DNA of 32,000 nt from Promethearchaeum syntrophicum (GTDB lineage Archaea > Asgardarchaeota > Lokiarchaeia > Sigyniarchaeales > Promethearchaeaceae): the NCBI RefSeq assembly GCF_008000775.2, contig NZ_CP042905.2:1440001-1472000 (forward strand), given 5' to 3'. Below are positions 10,120-19,869 of this stretch, in pieces (the first letter of the stretch is position 1; each line of letters starts with the position of its first letter). The translations under genes and the position numbers were made by a program. A model generated the notes under the pieces. It worked only from the letters and a program-made list of their open reading frames with translations. It did not search any database and was not told the DNA's origin.

Positions 10120-11622
10120 GTGGAAATTATAAAAATGAATTATTCCATGAAATCTAAAACGTATACTGGTATAATCTGGAGTTTTGCTAAGTTTATTATA
10201 ACTTTTGGAATTCCATTTATAATCGGAATTTTTCTTGCTAGATTGCTTATGCCAGAAGATTATGGGCTTATTGGTATGGTTACAATTATTATTGCAGTAG
10301 CAAATTCTCTCATTGATAGTGGCTTCAGTCAAGCTCTTATACGTAAGAAAAATGTATCTCAGGAAGATTATTCTACTATTTTTTATTTTAATTTACTCAT
10401 CTCATTAATTTTATATTTAATTATATTTCTTTGTGCAAAAATCATTAGTGATTTTTATTCCGAACCAAGATTGATACCAATTATTAGAATAATTTCTCTA
10501 GTGATAATTATTAATTCTCTTAGTATAATACAGAGAACCATATTGATTAAAAAAATAGATTTCAAATCTCAGGCATTAATCGTATTAATATCAAGTACCA
10601 TTTCAGGAATAATTGCAATTTTTCTTGCTTATAATGGTTTTGGAGTATGGAGTCTTGTATTTAATACTTTAATATCAAATTTTCTTCAAACTCTACTCTT
10701 GTGGATTTACAATAAATGGATTCCATCTTTTGTTTTCAATTTTACTTCTTTTAAATCTCTACTTGGATTTAGCTCAAAACTTCTTGCATCGGGAATGATT
10801 GATACAATTTATCAAAATATATATTCTCCAATTATTGGGAAATCATTTTCTGTTGTGGATTTAGGGTATTATACTAACGCTGTCAAATATAAAAATATTC
10901 TTTCCAATATGATTTCAAGTTCCATACAACAAGTTACCTACCCTGTGCTTTCAGAAATAAAAGAAAATAAAGTTCTCTTGAAGAAAAATAATAAAAAATT
11001 AGTGAGAACAACAATGTTCTTACAATTTCCTTTAATGATAGGTTTATTGGTTGTAGCAGAACCGTTATTTTTTATTTTATTTGGAGAGAAATGGTTAAAT
11101 TCAATACCTTATTTTCAACTTTTATGCATCGTTGGTATCTTATATCCTTTACATACAATTAATCTTAATATACTTAAGGTAATTGGTAGATCTGACTTAT
11201 TCCTACGATTAGAAATATATAAAAAAATATCTTTTACAATACTTATTGTGATATTCTTTCAATGGGGCATAATTGGGCTAATAATCGCCCAAGTTATTAA
11301 TTCTATTTTGTCTTATATAATAAATAGTTATTATTCTGGGAAATATATTGATTATCATCTGAAAGAACAGATAAAAGATTTTTTACCCGTATTCATAATC
11401 TCATTACTAATGGGAATTATTGTTTTTCTTAGCAGTTTGATATTACCTGATAATTATTTTATTAAACTTAGTTGTGAAGTTATAATTGGAGTGATATTTT
11501 ATTTATCTATTTGTAAACTTGCTAAAATAAAAGAATTGGACAATTTATTAAACATATTTTTTTCATATTTGAAGGACATAAATTTCAAAAAAAAAAAAAA
11601 GGAGTCTTCTCCGAACGAATAA
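10120..11622 (+). CDS. Polysaccharide flippase, MOP/PST superfamily (Wzx/WzxC-like)
   Basis: 500 aa multi-TM; IIWSFAKFIITFGIPFIIGIFLARLLMPEDYGLIGMVTIIIAVANSLIDSGFSQALIRKK is typical. GTG is the listed start; ATG at 10135 is a likely alternative. Confidence 0.93.
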   Translation: MEIIKMNYSMKSKTYTGIIWSFAKFIITFGIPFIIGIFLARLLMPEDYGLIGMVTIIIAVANSLIDSGFSQALIRKKNVSQEDYSTIFYFNLLISLILYLIIFLCAKIISDFYSEPRLIPIIRIISLVIIINSLSIIQRTILIKKIDFKSQALIVLISSTISGIIAIFLAYNGFGVWSLVFNTLISNFLQTLLLWIYNKWIPSFVFNFTSFKSLLGFSSKLLASGMIDTIYQNIYSPIIGKSFSVVDLGYYTNAVKYKNILSNMISSSIQQVTYPVLSEIKENKVLLKKNNKKLVRTTMFLQFPLMIGLLVVAEPLFFILFGEKWLNSIPYFQLLCIVGILYPLHTINLNILKVIGRSDLFLRLEIYKKISFTILIVIFFQWGIIGLIIAQVINSILSYIINSYYSGKYIDYHLKEQIKDFLPVFIISLLMGIIVFLSSLILPDNYFIKLSCEVIIGVIFYLSICKLAKIKELDNLLNIFFSYLKDINFKKKKKESSPNE

Positions 11623-12034
11623 ACATGAAAAACCACTGGTATACATTTGTTGCCATAATATTATTATCCAACTAAAAGCCTTAAGGTAAAATATTAAACA
11701 CTTTTTGATTTTTTGTTGTATCTTTTCATAATAATTGATAAATAAAGAACAAAAAATAAAAGTGGATTTAAAAACAAGTTATACTCAATTTGAGGATCGA
11801 ATATGATATTTTAATAATAAAAGAAGTTGGATTTTCAGTTTTTCTTAGCATAAATCTTTTAAAGATGATAGTTTTTCATATTTTTGAGAATTACCATAAA
11901 ACTGAAAGGTTTCAATTAATACGTGGTCGCTATAAAAAAATTATTATCTTATGATTTTTGAACCAAGCGTTTAAGTTATGAAGTAACAATAAAATTTTTA
12001 CATTTTTTAGAATTAATAATCTAGGAGATATCTT

Positions 12035-13312
12035 ATGAGAATCGGAATAACCGGACCTATTGCTGATGGAAATCTTGGCGATTATGGTATGTTAGTAAAT
12101 AATATTTATGAAATGGGAATTAATAATGAATATTTGATTTATTCATATAATCCCAAAATATCTCAATGGGTAAATAAGGAATACTTAAAAAACTTTAAAA
12201 CTTCAATAGTTTCAATTTTATTAGTTCCAAATGAGAATAACACCAAAAAACGGAGTTTTAGGCAATATTTTAAAAGATTATTCCTTAAACTCTTAGGAAT
12301 CAATAAAAAATATTTATTCACTCCATTTGAAATAATAAAAAAAGCTAAAAATATTGATTCAATAACAGATTCGATTTCATCAATTGATATTCTTGTAGTA
12401 AATGGAGGGGGATGTTTCAACAAATTATGGTATACTTGGCATCGACGAAATGATTTTTTTTCAATTGTTATTCCAATAATTATCGCAAATCAGCTTAATA
12501 AGAAAATTGTATTTACAGGAAATAGTTTTGGTCCCTTTGGTGACACAAAGGGTTTTTTCGAACTGCTATTTTGTGATTTAAAAAACGTCCATTTCGGGAT
12601 TCGGGATAATTTGTTATCAAGAACAACTTTATCCTCCATTGGGATTTCAAAAAATAAAATTTCTTGGATTCCCGATGATTTTTTCTTCCTAAATCAAAAC
12701 TTAAAAAAAATTTCAAATCCAGTTCCGTTTAAAAAATATATTGTATTAGAATTATATCAAAATATTGAATCGATTGAAAATATCATCAAAGAATTTGTTG
12801 ATTTTCTTTACGAAGAATTCAATATCTGTACGGTATTCATCCCATTTCAAGAAGGTAAAGGAGGGGAAGAGCAAGGAAAGATTTTACAATCAAAAATCAA
12901 TGCAAAATATTTCTATTTACATCATTTAAATAATAGACCTTTAAAAATAGCTGAGGCATATTCAATAATTAGTAACTCAGAGATGGTTATTAGCAATCGT
13001 TATCATGCTTTTCTTATTGCGCTAGCAAATCAAGTTCCCGCTATTAGCATTCTAAAAAATGTTTCAGGAGACAAAAGGTATTACTATAATAAAAATTATG
13101 GTTTAATCCGTGAAATTTTTGAGGGAATTCCCATTAGAATCTTGGATTTTCTAAATGATGATATTATAGGAGTTTTTATAAAATTAAAATCATCTTTTCA
13201 AGATATTATTCAATCCCAAAAAGAGATATACTCATCAGATATCTACAAAAATAATCTTGAAAACCATTTAAGAATTAGAAATGATTATTTTAAAAAAAGA
13301 ATTTTAGATTAA
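12035..13312 (+). CDS. Polysaccharide pyruvyl transferase family protein
   Basis: 425 aa; NLGDYGML near the N-terminus, VVNGGGCFNKLWYTW, FTGNSFGPFGDTKG, and a C-terminal SNRYHAFLIALANQVPAI motif. GGAG ribosome-binding site at about 12024. Confidence 0.88.
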   Translation: MRIGITGPIADGNLGDYGMLVNNIYEMGINNEYLIYSYNPKISQWVNKEYLKNFKTSIVSILLVPNENNTKKRSFRQYFKRLFLKLLGINKKYLFTPFEIIKKAKNIDSITDSISSIDILVVNGGGCFNKLWYTWHRRNDFFSIVIPIIIANQLNKKIVFTGNSFGPFGDTKGFFELLFCDLKNVHFGIRDNLLSRTTLSSIGISKNKISWIPDDFFFLNQNLKKISNPVPFKKYIVLELYQNIESIENIIKEFVDFLYEEFNICTVFIPFQEGKGGEEQGKILQSKINAKYFYLHHLNNRPLKIAEAYSIISNSEMVISNRYHAFLIALANQVPAISILKNVSGDKRYYYNKNYGLIREIFEGIPIRILDFLNDDIIGVFIKLKSSFQDIIQSQKEIYSSDIYKNNLENHLRIRNDYFKKRILD

Positions 13313-13317
13313 ATAGT

Positions 13318-14601
13318 GTGTTTTTAATGAAGAATGTAAAAGTGTTAGTTTTCCCTTGTGGTTCAGAAATTGGTTTAGAAATCCATCGAGCTTTAAAATA
13401 TATTCGATATGTTGATCTTATAGGTGGAACAAGTGTAACCGATCATAGTCGTGTTGTGTATGATAAGATTATTGATAATATTCCCTTTGTTAGCGAAAAA
13501 AATTTTATTAAAAAAATAAATGAAGTCATAATTAAAGAGAGAATAGATTTTATTATTCCAGCAATGGATGTTGTTTGCTATTATCTTTCGAAATTTTCAG
13601 AAAAAATCCATTGTAAAATTGTAGGGCATTCTTATGAAACAAATTCAATTTGTTATGAAAAAAAAAAAACTTATGAATATCTTGAAGAAGTGGTTAGAAC
13701 TCCAAAATTATTTTCCAATAGAAACGAAATTCATGATTTTCCTGTGTTCTTGAAACCAAATATTGGGTATGGGGGAATAGGTACAAAAATAATTCATAAT
13801 AAAACTGAACTTGATAATATACAAAATTTACTTGATAATTTACTGATAGAATTTTTACCAGGAAAAGAGTATACTGTCGATTGTTTTACGGATAGGAATG
13901 GAATCTTACTGTTTTCCAATGTTAGAGAAAGAGTAAGAATTAAATCAGGGATAAGTGTAAATACTATTTCAGTAAAACTCCCTAAAGCACTTGAAATTGC
14001 AAGAAAAATTAACTCTAAGATTGATTTTTGTGGGGCTTGGTTTTTCCAAATAAAAGAAACATTTGAAAAAGTTCTTTGTTTAATGGAAGTAGCTCCAAGA
14101 ATAAGTGGTTCTTCTTCCATAAATCGATTACTTGGTATTAATCTCCCTCTACTCTCTTTGCACGTAACCAATGACGAAAACGTACAGATCACACCAAATT
14201 CATTAAACACTATTGAAATAGATAGGGCTTTTGATGTTCGGTTTATTTTTGAATATGATAAAATTAAGAATATTTATGTGGATTTTGATGATTGTCTAAT
14301 GATAAATAAGAAAGTAAATTACAATCTTGTCGCTTTCCTTTTTAAATGTATAAATGAAAAGAAAAAAATTATTCTATTGACAAAGCATGAAGGAGATTTG
14401 ATTAACAGTTTAAAAATTTCAAGATTAGAAAATATTTTTGATAAAATTATCCATATTAATAAAAATGAAAGAAAAATTGACTTTATCTCCCCCATGAATT
14501 CACTTTTTATTGATGATTCGTATTCTGAAAGGAAAGAGGTTATTGAAAAACTTGGTGTTTTGTCTTTTTCTCCAGATGTAATCGATGGGTTAATTAGATA
14601 A
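13318..14601 (+). CDS. ATP-grasp domain enzyme with C-terminal HAD-like phosphatase domain
   Basis: N-terminal part resembles CarB-type ATP-grasp (FLKPNIGYGGIGTKI, IEFLPGKEYTVDCFTD, LCLMEVAPRISGSS). C-terminal part has HAD motifs YVDFDDCL, IILLTKH, K, and LFIDDSYSER. GTG is the listed start; ATG at 13327 (MKNVKVLVFPCGSEIG) is more likely. Confidence 0.85.
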   Translation: MFLMKNVKVLVFPCGSEIGLEIHRALKYIRYVDLIGGTSVTDHSRVVYDKIIDNIPFVSEKNFIKKINEVIIKERIDFIIPAMDVVCYYLSKFSEKIHCKIVGHSYETNSICYEKKKTYEYLEEVVRTPKLFSNRNEIHDFPVFLKPNIGYGGIGTKIIHNKTELDNIQNLLDNLLIEFLPGKEYTVDCFTDRNGILLFSNVRERVRIKSGISVNTISVKLPKALEIARKINSKIDFCGAWFFQIKETFEKVLCLMEVAPRISGSSSINRLLGINLPLLSLHVTNDENVQITPNSLNTIEIDRAFDVRFIFEYDKIKNIYVDFDDCLMINKKVNYNLVAFLFKCINEKKKIILLTKHEGDLINSLKISRLENIFDKIIHINKNERKIDFISPMNSLFIDDSYSERKEVIEKLGVLSFSPDVIDGLIR

Positions 14602-14776
14602 GAGATAATTTAATTTTACCACAATTTTTAAGTAAATTATTGTACGTATCTCCTAAATTTTTCTCCTTTTATTAGATTAAGAGTTTTAACGAAAAAATAA
14701 ATAAGATTATGTAAAAAAAAGAATTCAAAATATTGAATTAAAATCAGAATACTTTAGATCTGAAAAATTTGTTTAA

Positions 14777-15050
14777 GGAAGCTATGCTTATGTGGCGAAT
14801 CCCGTGAGGGGTTTAGAGATTATTGATATTTCAGACCCTATTCTTCCTACGAAGGTCAAAGAGTGAAAAAATTTTTCATACACCATGTATGGAAGAGTAT
14901 TGTTATATGGATTTCTTAGCGATACTGTCTTTTTTATCTATGATAGTTTTCCAGAACGAAAAAAAGTATACCAAATTTATGACATCCCAAAAATTTTCTT
15001 GGGATAAGGTTGAATCTTTGATTGATGATAGAATATAAAACAATTTTTCA
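14777..15050 (+). pseudogene. Remnant of a protein with LVIVD-type (beta-propeller-like) repeats
   Basis: 14777-14863 reads GSYAYVANPVRGLEIIDISDPILPTKVKE then TGA. In another frame downstream it reads YGRVLLYGFLSDTVFFIYDSFPERKKVYQIYDI. No open frame spans it. Confidence 0.55.
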
Positions 15051-15249
15051 TCAACTGTAAGAAATTCAAATTTCTATATTCAAATTAGTTAGGATTTCGT
15101 TATTTTTTTCTAAATTCTAATATTATGTTAATTAAGTTAATGTTTGTTCATAAGAATCAAAATTTTACTTGAATTTCAAATCTATCTGCGATTTAATTGT
15201 TCCAAAATACTTAATGCTACTTTATTTCTTATCAACTAATTAGATAATA

Positions 15250-15438
15250 ATGAAAGCAATTATTTTAGCTGTTGGGATAGGATCATGATTACATCCAATA
15301 ATAGATCGAGTTTCAAAAACTTTAGTTCCTGTTTCGGGGAAACCAATGTTAGGACATATTATAGATTCTTTATTGATTAATAATGTTATTGATTTTATAA
15401 TCTGTGTTCGTTATAAATTTGAAAAAATGTTTAATTAA
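15250..15438 (+). pseudogene. Truncated sugar-nucleotidyltransferase (NTP_transferase) remnant
   Basis: ATG at 15250 reads MKAIILAVGIGS*LHPIIDRVSKTLVPVSGKPMLGHIIDSLLINNVIDFIICVRYKFEKMFN*. In-frame TGA at 15286-15288 sits where the invariant Arg of GxGxRL is expected, and the frame ends after about 60 residues. Confidence 0.85.
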
Positions 15439-15468
15439 TTAATAATATAAAATTATTGATGATATACA

Positions 15469-16746
15469 ATGTTCAGAATTAAAGTAAAGAAATTTTTCAT
15501 AGATAAGTTTATTCTTCCTATTTGGAAATTATATGATTCCATTCTTCCTAAAAAAGAAAATTATTGGGGATTTCCTGTTCATTTTATTAAAGGAGATCAA
15601 TTCATTGATAATTCGAGGGCAGTTTTTGAAGAAATTAAATTAGATCCTAAAATAAAAAAAATTCTATTTACAAGATCTGATGATAATAATTTTGATCTAG
15701 AAAATTCTATTAATACAATTATTGTAAAATTAAAATCCTTTTCTGGTCTTAGATATATTGCAAGATGTAAGGTTTTATTTCTACAAAATGCTATAACAAT
15801 GGATTATTCCTTTAGATATCCAAATAATACTTTTAGCATAATCAAGTTATTATCTAAAAAACGTATTATTATCAATTTATGGCATGGAATTTTGTTTAAA
15901 AAAGTATTTGGTTTAACTCAAGGTCCTATTAGGAATCAATTAGAAAGAGTTAAATATCGAGTTAAAGAGCGAAAATATTACTCGGGGTTAATTACATCTT
16001 CAGTAATAGATAGCTATGCAATGAGTGCTATATTTTATCCAATAAAATATGAAAATGTTTGGATCACTGGGTTACCAAGAAATGATTTTTTAATCAAAGA
16101 TCTTCATTTACTACCTACGTATTTGCAATCACAAGTAAAATTAATTCGAGAAATAAAAAAAGATAAAATTTTAATTACTTATGCTCCTACTTATCGACAG
16201 ACCACTTTAGTATCGGATGCAAGTCATTATCAATTTTCTATTGAAGAAATTAATCAATTGAAACAGTTTTTAATAGAAAATAATGCAATTTTTGGATTTA
16301 GAATGCATTATTTCAAAAATAAAAAAAATTCATTTAATATAGAAGATTTTACGGATAATAAATTAATATTCAGTTTAGAACATAATATTGTTCCTGAAAT
16401 TTCACCAATTATTCGTGAATCTGATATAATAATTACTGATTATTCAAGTGTATTTACAGATTCTTTATATATTAATAAACCCGTAATTTCTTTTGCGTAT
16501 GATTTGGACCATTATCGAGATTTTGAAGATGGATTTATATATGATTTGGATATTGTTTTTCCTGGACCTGTTGTTACCTCCTTCGATTCCTTAATGAAAA
16601 GTCTTAAAACAGAATTTAATAGTTCAAGTCAGATTAATTCCGAAAAATATAGGACCTCACAAAAGTTTTTCTTTCAATACATTGATGATAAAAATTCTTA
16701 TCGAGTAATAAACCATTTGAAAAATGCTCTTCATAAAAATTCTTAA
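15469..16746 (+). CDS. CDP-glycerol:poly(glycerophosphate) glycerophosphotransferase family protein (TagF/TarF-like)
   Basis: 425 aa; NLWHGILFKKVFG, VWITGLPRNDFL, ITYAPTYRQT, IRESDIIITDYSSVFTDSLYINKPVISFAYDLDHYRD. Confidence 0.9.
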   Translation: MFRIKVKKFFIDKFILPIWKLYDSILPKKENYWGFPVHFIKGDQFIDNSRAVFEEIKLDPKIKKILFTRSDDNNFDLENSINTIIVKLKSFSGLRYIARCKVLFLQNAITMDYSFRYPNNTFSIIKLLSKKRIIINLWHGILFKKVFGLTQGPIRNQLERVKYRVKERKYYSGLITSSVIDSYAMSAIFYPIKYENVWITGLPRNDFLIKDLHLLPTYLQSQVKLIREIKKDKILITYAPTYRQTTLVSDASHYQFSIEEINQLKQFLIENNAIFGFRMHYFKNKKNSFNIEDFTDNKLIFSLEHNIVPEISPIIRESDIIITDYSSVFTDSLYINKPVISFAYDLDHYRDFEDGFIYDLDIVFPGPVVTSFDSLMKSLKTEFNSSSQINSEKYRTSQKFFFQYIDDKNSYRVINHLKNALHKNS

Positions 16747-17030
16747 TTTTTTTTTTTCTATTTAATTTTATTTGGTCTTTTTTCCCCTTGAGTGATAATA
16801 AAATGAATTTTGTGAAAAAATGAAACTTGATTTAGAAGCTAATAATCCTGATTTCATAATTGAATCTCTTGAAAAATTAAATGAGATGATGGAATAAGAA
16901 ATAATTTCCTTTTTTTTTGATTTTATTGATTTAGATATTTCAAAAATTATATAAAGTGCTTAAAATTTAATTGGAATTAATTAATGAAGTTTCATTCCAA
17001 GAAATTTTCTTTAGTTAATGATGAGATTTT

Positions 17031-18002
17031 ATGCGAGAAACTGAAAAACCCCTAATTAGCATTTGCTGTATTACTTTCAATCAAGAAAGATATATAAAAA
17101 AAACAATTGAAGGATTTCTCAAACAGAAAATAACTTATCCAATAGAAATTATTATTCATGATGATGCTTCTACCGATAATACTGTTAATATTATTAAAGA
17201 ATTTCATAAAAATTATCCCACAATAATTAAGCCTATTTTTCAGACAGTAAATCAATATCAGCTTGGAAAAAGAGGAAGTTACTTCGCTTTTAAAGAAGCT
17301 AACGGAAAATATATTGCATTTTGTGAGGGCGATGATTATTGGATTGATCAATATAAACTTCAAAAACAAGTCGATTTTTTAGAAGCAAATCCAGATTGTA
17401 CAATTAGTGGACATCGAATTATTCTTTACTATGATGCAGAACAAAAATTTGGTGATCCATTTCCTTCTAAATATATTCCAGAAATTTCTAATATTAATTT
17501 ATTTTTATCACATAATTTCATTCCATCTTTATCAATCGTTTTTCGCAGAGAAATCATTGAAAATTTACCTGATATTTATTTTAAAGTTCCTTTCGGAGAT
17601 TATATTCTAAAAGTTTTATGCGCTGAAAAAGGAAAAATTGGTTTTATAAATCAAATAATGGGAGTATATAGAATTCATAATAAAGGTGTATCCCAAGGAA
17701 ATAAAATGCAATTTCTAAAAATGAGAATTAACAATATTGAGCAAATATCAAATTATTTGAATTATCGCAAAGATTTGAAATTATTACTATTAAAAAATCG
17801 AATAGAAAAAGCATTTTTATTGTATGAATGGGGTGCAAAAAATAGATTTAAAATATATTTTCAATACATATTATCAAATTCAGCAAGTTTTATGGAAATA
17901 ATCTATATTGGAATTTTAATAATTAAATGGAAATTGTTTCCCTATTTAAAATTAGTAAAGAAATCAATTAAAAACCATACAAATATAGATTTAGAAATTT
18001 AA
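17031..18002 (+). CDS. Glycosyltransferase family 2 (GT-A)
   Basis: 323 aa; PLISICCITFNQERYIKKTIEGFLKQ, IIIHDDASTDNT, FCEGDDYWID, VPFGDYILKVLCAEKGKIGFINQIMGVYRIHNKG. Confidence 0.95.
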   Translation: MRETEKPLISICCITFNQERYIKKTIEGFLKQKITYPIEIIIHDDASTDNTVNIIKEFHKNYPTIIKPIFQTVNQYQLGKRGSYFAFKEANGKYIAFCEGDDYWIDQYKLQKQVDFLEANPDCTISGHRIILYYDAEQKFGDPFPSKYIPEISNINLFLSHNFIPSLSIVFRREIIENLPDIYFKVPFGDYILKVLCAEKGKIGFINQIMGVYRIHNKGVSQGNKMQFLKMRINNIEQISNYLNYRKDLKLLLLKNRIEKAFLLYEWGAKNRFKIYFQYILSNSASFMEIIYIGILIIKWKLFPYLKLVKKSIKNHTNIDLEI

Positions 18003-18091
18003 TTCATAAAAAATTAATTAAAAATTCATGTTTGAATTATAACGACTTTAATAGATATCCTCATTAATTTAATAAATAAAAAAAAAAGGAA

Positions 18092-19231
18092 TTGAATATG
18101 GTAAATAAATTTAAAGAACCAATCTATATCACTCGGCCTTTATTACCTGATTTGGGGATTATTCAAGAAAATTTGAAGGAAGTTTGGGAAAGTAAATGGC
18201 TAACAAACAATGGTCCGCGACATAAAAAATTAGAAAAGGATTTAAAAACATATTTGGGTTTAGAACACCTTATCTTATTTAATAATGGAACTCTCGCATT
18301 AATTTTAGGAATAAAATCTTTAAATTTAACAGGAGAAGTTATTACAACTCCATTTACTTTTCCTGCTACTGTAGAGGCGTTGGATTGGAATAATCTAACT
18401 CCTATTTTTTGTGACTTAGATCCCAAAACTCTGAATTTAGATGCCTCTAAGATTGAAAATTTAATAACTGAAAAAACATCGGCAATTCTAGCAGTACATG
18501 TTTTTGGTAATCCATGTGATGTTCATAGAATTCAAAAAATTGCAGATAAATATAAATTAAAAGTTATTTATGATGCCGCTCATGCATTTGGGACTAAAAT
18601 AGATGGAATTCCAATTGGAAAATTTGGGGATCTAACTATGTTCAGTTTTCATGCAACTAAATTGTTCCATACAGTTGAAGGCGGAGCTTTAGCAGTTAAT
18701 AATCTTGAAATGGAATCAAAGTTAAATTTACTTAAAAATTTTGGAATTCGTGGACCTGAAACGGTTTTAATGTCTGGTTTAAATGCTAAAATGAATGAAG
18801 TACAAGCGGTTATTGGAATCGAAGTTTTAAAAATTATCGATCAAGAACGAAGTAATAGAGAACAAATACTTTCAATTTATCGGGAGAATTTAAGTAAGAT
18901 ACCAGGAATTAAAATTGTAAATAATCATTCGGGAGAAAATAGCTTACAGTATTTGGTTATTACAATTGATGAGAATATCTATGGAAAATCCCGAGATTGG
19001 GTTCATGAACGGTTAAAAAGATATAATGTTTTTACACGAAAGTATTTTAATCCATTATGTAGTAATTTTCCATGGTATAAATCATTAGATTCTTCAAAAC
19101 CTGAAAATCTTCCAATTGCTAATAAAATTATAGACCAAGTATTATCGTTACCTTTTTATGGTGAGTTATCGCTTGAATCTGTTGAGATAATTTGCGGTCT
19201 TTTAAAAGTTTTTTATTCAGAAAATGATTAA
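18092..19231 (+). CDS. DegT/DnrJ/EryC1/StrS family PLP-dependent sugar aminotransferase
   Basis: 379 aa; TNNGPRHKKLE, EVITTPFTFPATVEAL, YDAAHAFGTKIDG, and PLP-Lys motif SFHATKLFHTVEGGAL. Likely ATG start at 18098 preceded by AAGGA. Confidence 0.95.
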   Translation: MNMVNKFKEPIYITRPLLPDLGIIQENLKEVWESKWLTNNGPRHKKLEKDLKTYLGLEHLILFNNGTLALILGIKSLNLTGEVITTPFTFPATVEALDWNNLTPIFCDLDPKTLNLDASKIENLITEKTSAILAVHVFGNPCDVHRIQKIADKYKLKVIYDAAHAFGTKIDGIPIGKFGDLTMFSFHATKLFHTVEGGALAVNNLEMESKLNLLKNFGIRGPETVLMSGLNAKMNEVQAVIGIEVLKIIDQERSNREQILSIYRENLSKIPGIKIVNNHSGENSLQYLVITIDENIYGKSRDWVHERLKRYNVFTRKYFNPLCSNFPWYKSLDSSKPENLPIANKIIDQVLSLPFYGELSLESVEIICGLLKVFYSEND

Positions 19232-19388
19232 AAATGTAAGATTTTTGCTCATTTGGGGATATTTTTTTTTACTTTTGTTTACATATCCTGTTTTTGCAAG
19301 ATAAATTGACTTTAAAGTAATTTTAATAAAATTTTCCTTTTATGAAACTGAGAAAAAATTTGATTTACATTCACAGCGACAACAAAAA

Positions 19389-19730
19389 CCAGAAATCTTA
19401 GATATAAATTACTTCTAAAGCCATATCGATTATCTTTCATTATCAATTGATTTTTAACTGAAGTAATACACAATCCTCCTGATATTTACTTTGATATACT
19501 ATTTGGAGATTTAATATTAAAAAATAGTATGTGCTCAAAAAGGAAAAATGGGATCTAAAAATGAGGTTATGGGTGTTTACAGGGTACATGATAAGAGTTA
19601 TACACAAAAAAATAAATTAAATTTTGCCAAAAAAAGAATTCTAAATACGGAATTAATTTGCTACTACTTAAAAATGAAGAATATCCTATTATTAAAAAAA
19701 TAATGCTGATAAAAAAATTAGAATATGCAC
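19389..19730 (+). pseudogene. Decayed second copy of a GT2 glycosyltransferase C-terminal region
   Basis: Shifted frames read PEILDINYF...LSFIIN...TEVIHNPPDIYFDILFGDLILKNSMCSK and NEVMGVYRVHDKSYTQ...FAKKRILNTELICYYLK. Co-linear with PEISNINLF...LSIVFRREIIENLPDIYFKVPFGDYILKVLCAEKGKIGFINQIMGVYRIHNKGVSQG of the intact 17031-18002 gene, also at nucleotide level. Confidence 0.8.
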
Positions 19731-19869
19731 ACTAATTCTAAAGGAAAATGGGAATATTAATGAACATAAAACACATATCTCAAATTATTTTTCATCGACG
19801 CTAAAACTAAGAGAATTATGCTATATTTAATATTTATTCATTCGTATGATTATCAGTAATTTCATTTAA

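Noticed and set aside
14823-15038. ORF track entry of 71 aa (plus)
   Set aside because: It overlaps the LVIVD-like remnant in a different frame, so it is more likely spurious than a real gene.
15286-15288. Selenocysteine at the in-frame TGA of the nucleotidyltransferase remnant
   Set aside because: The position normally holds Arg, the gene is also truncated soon after, and no SECIS-like structure was noticed. Pseudogenisation fits better.
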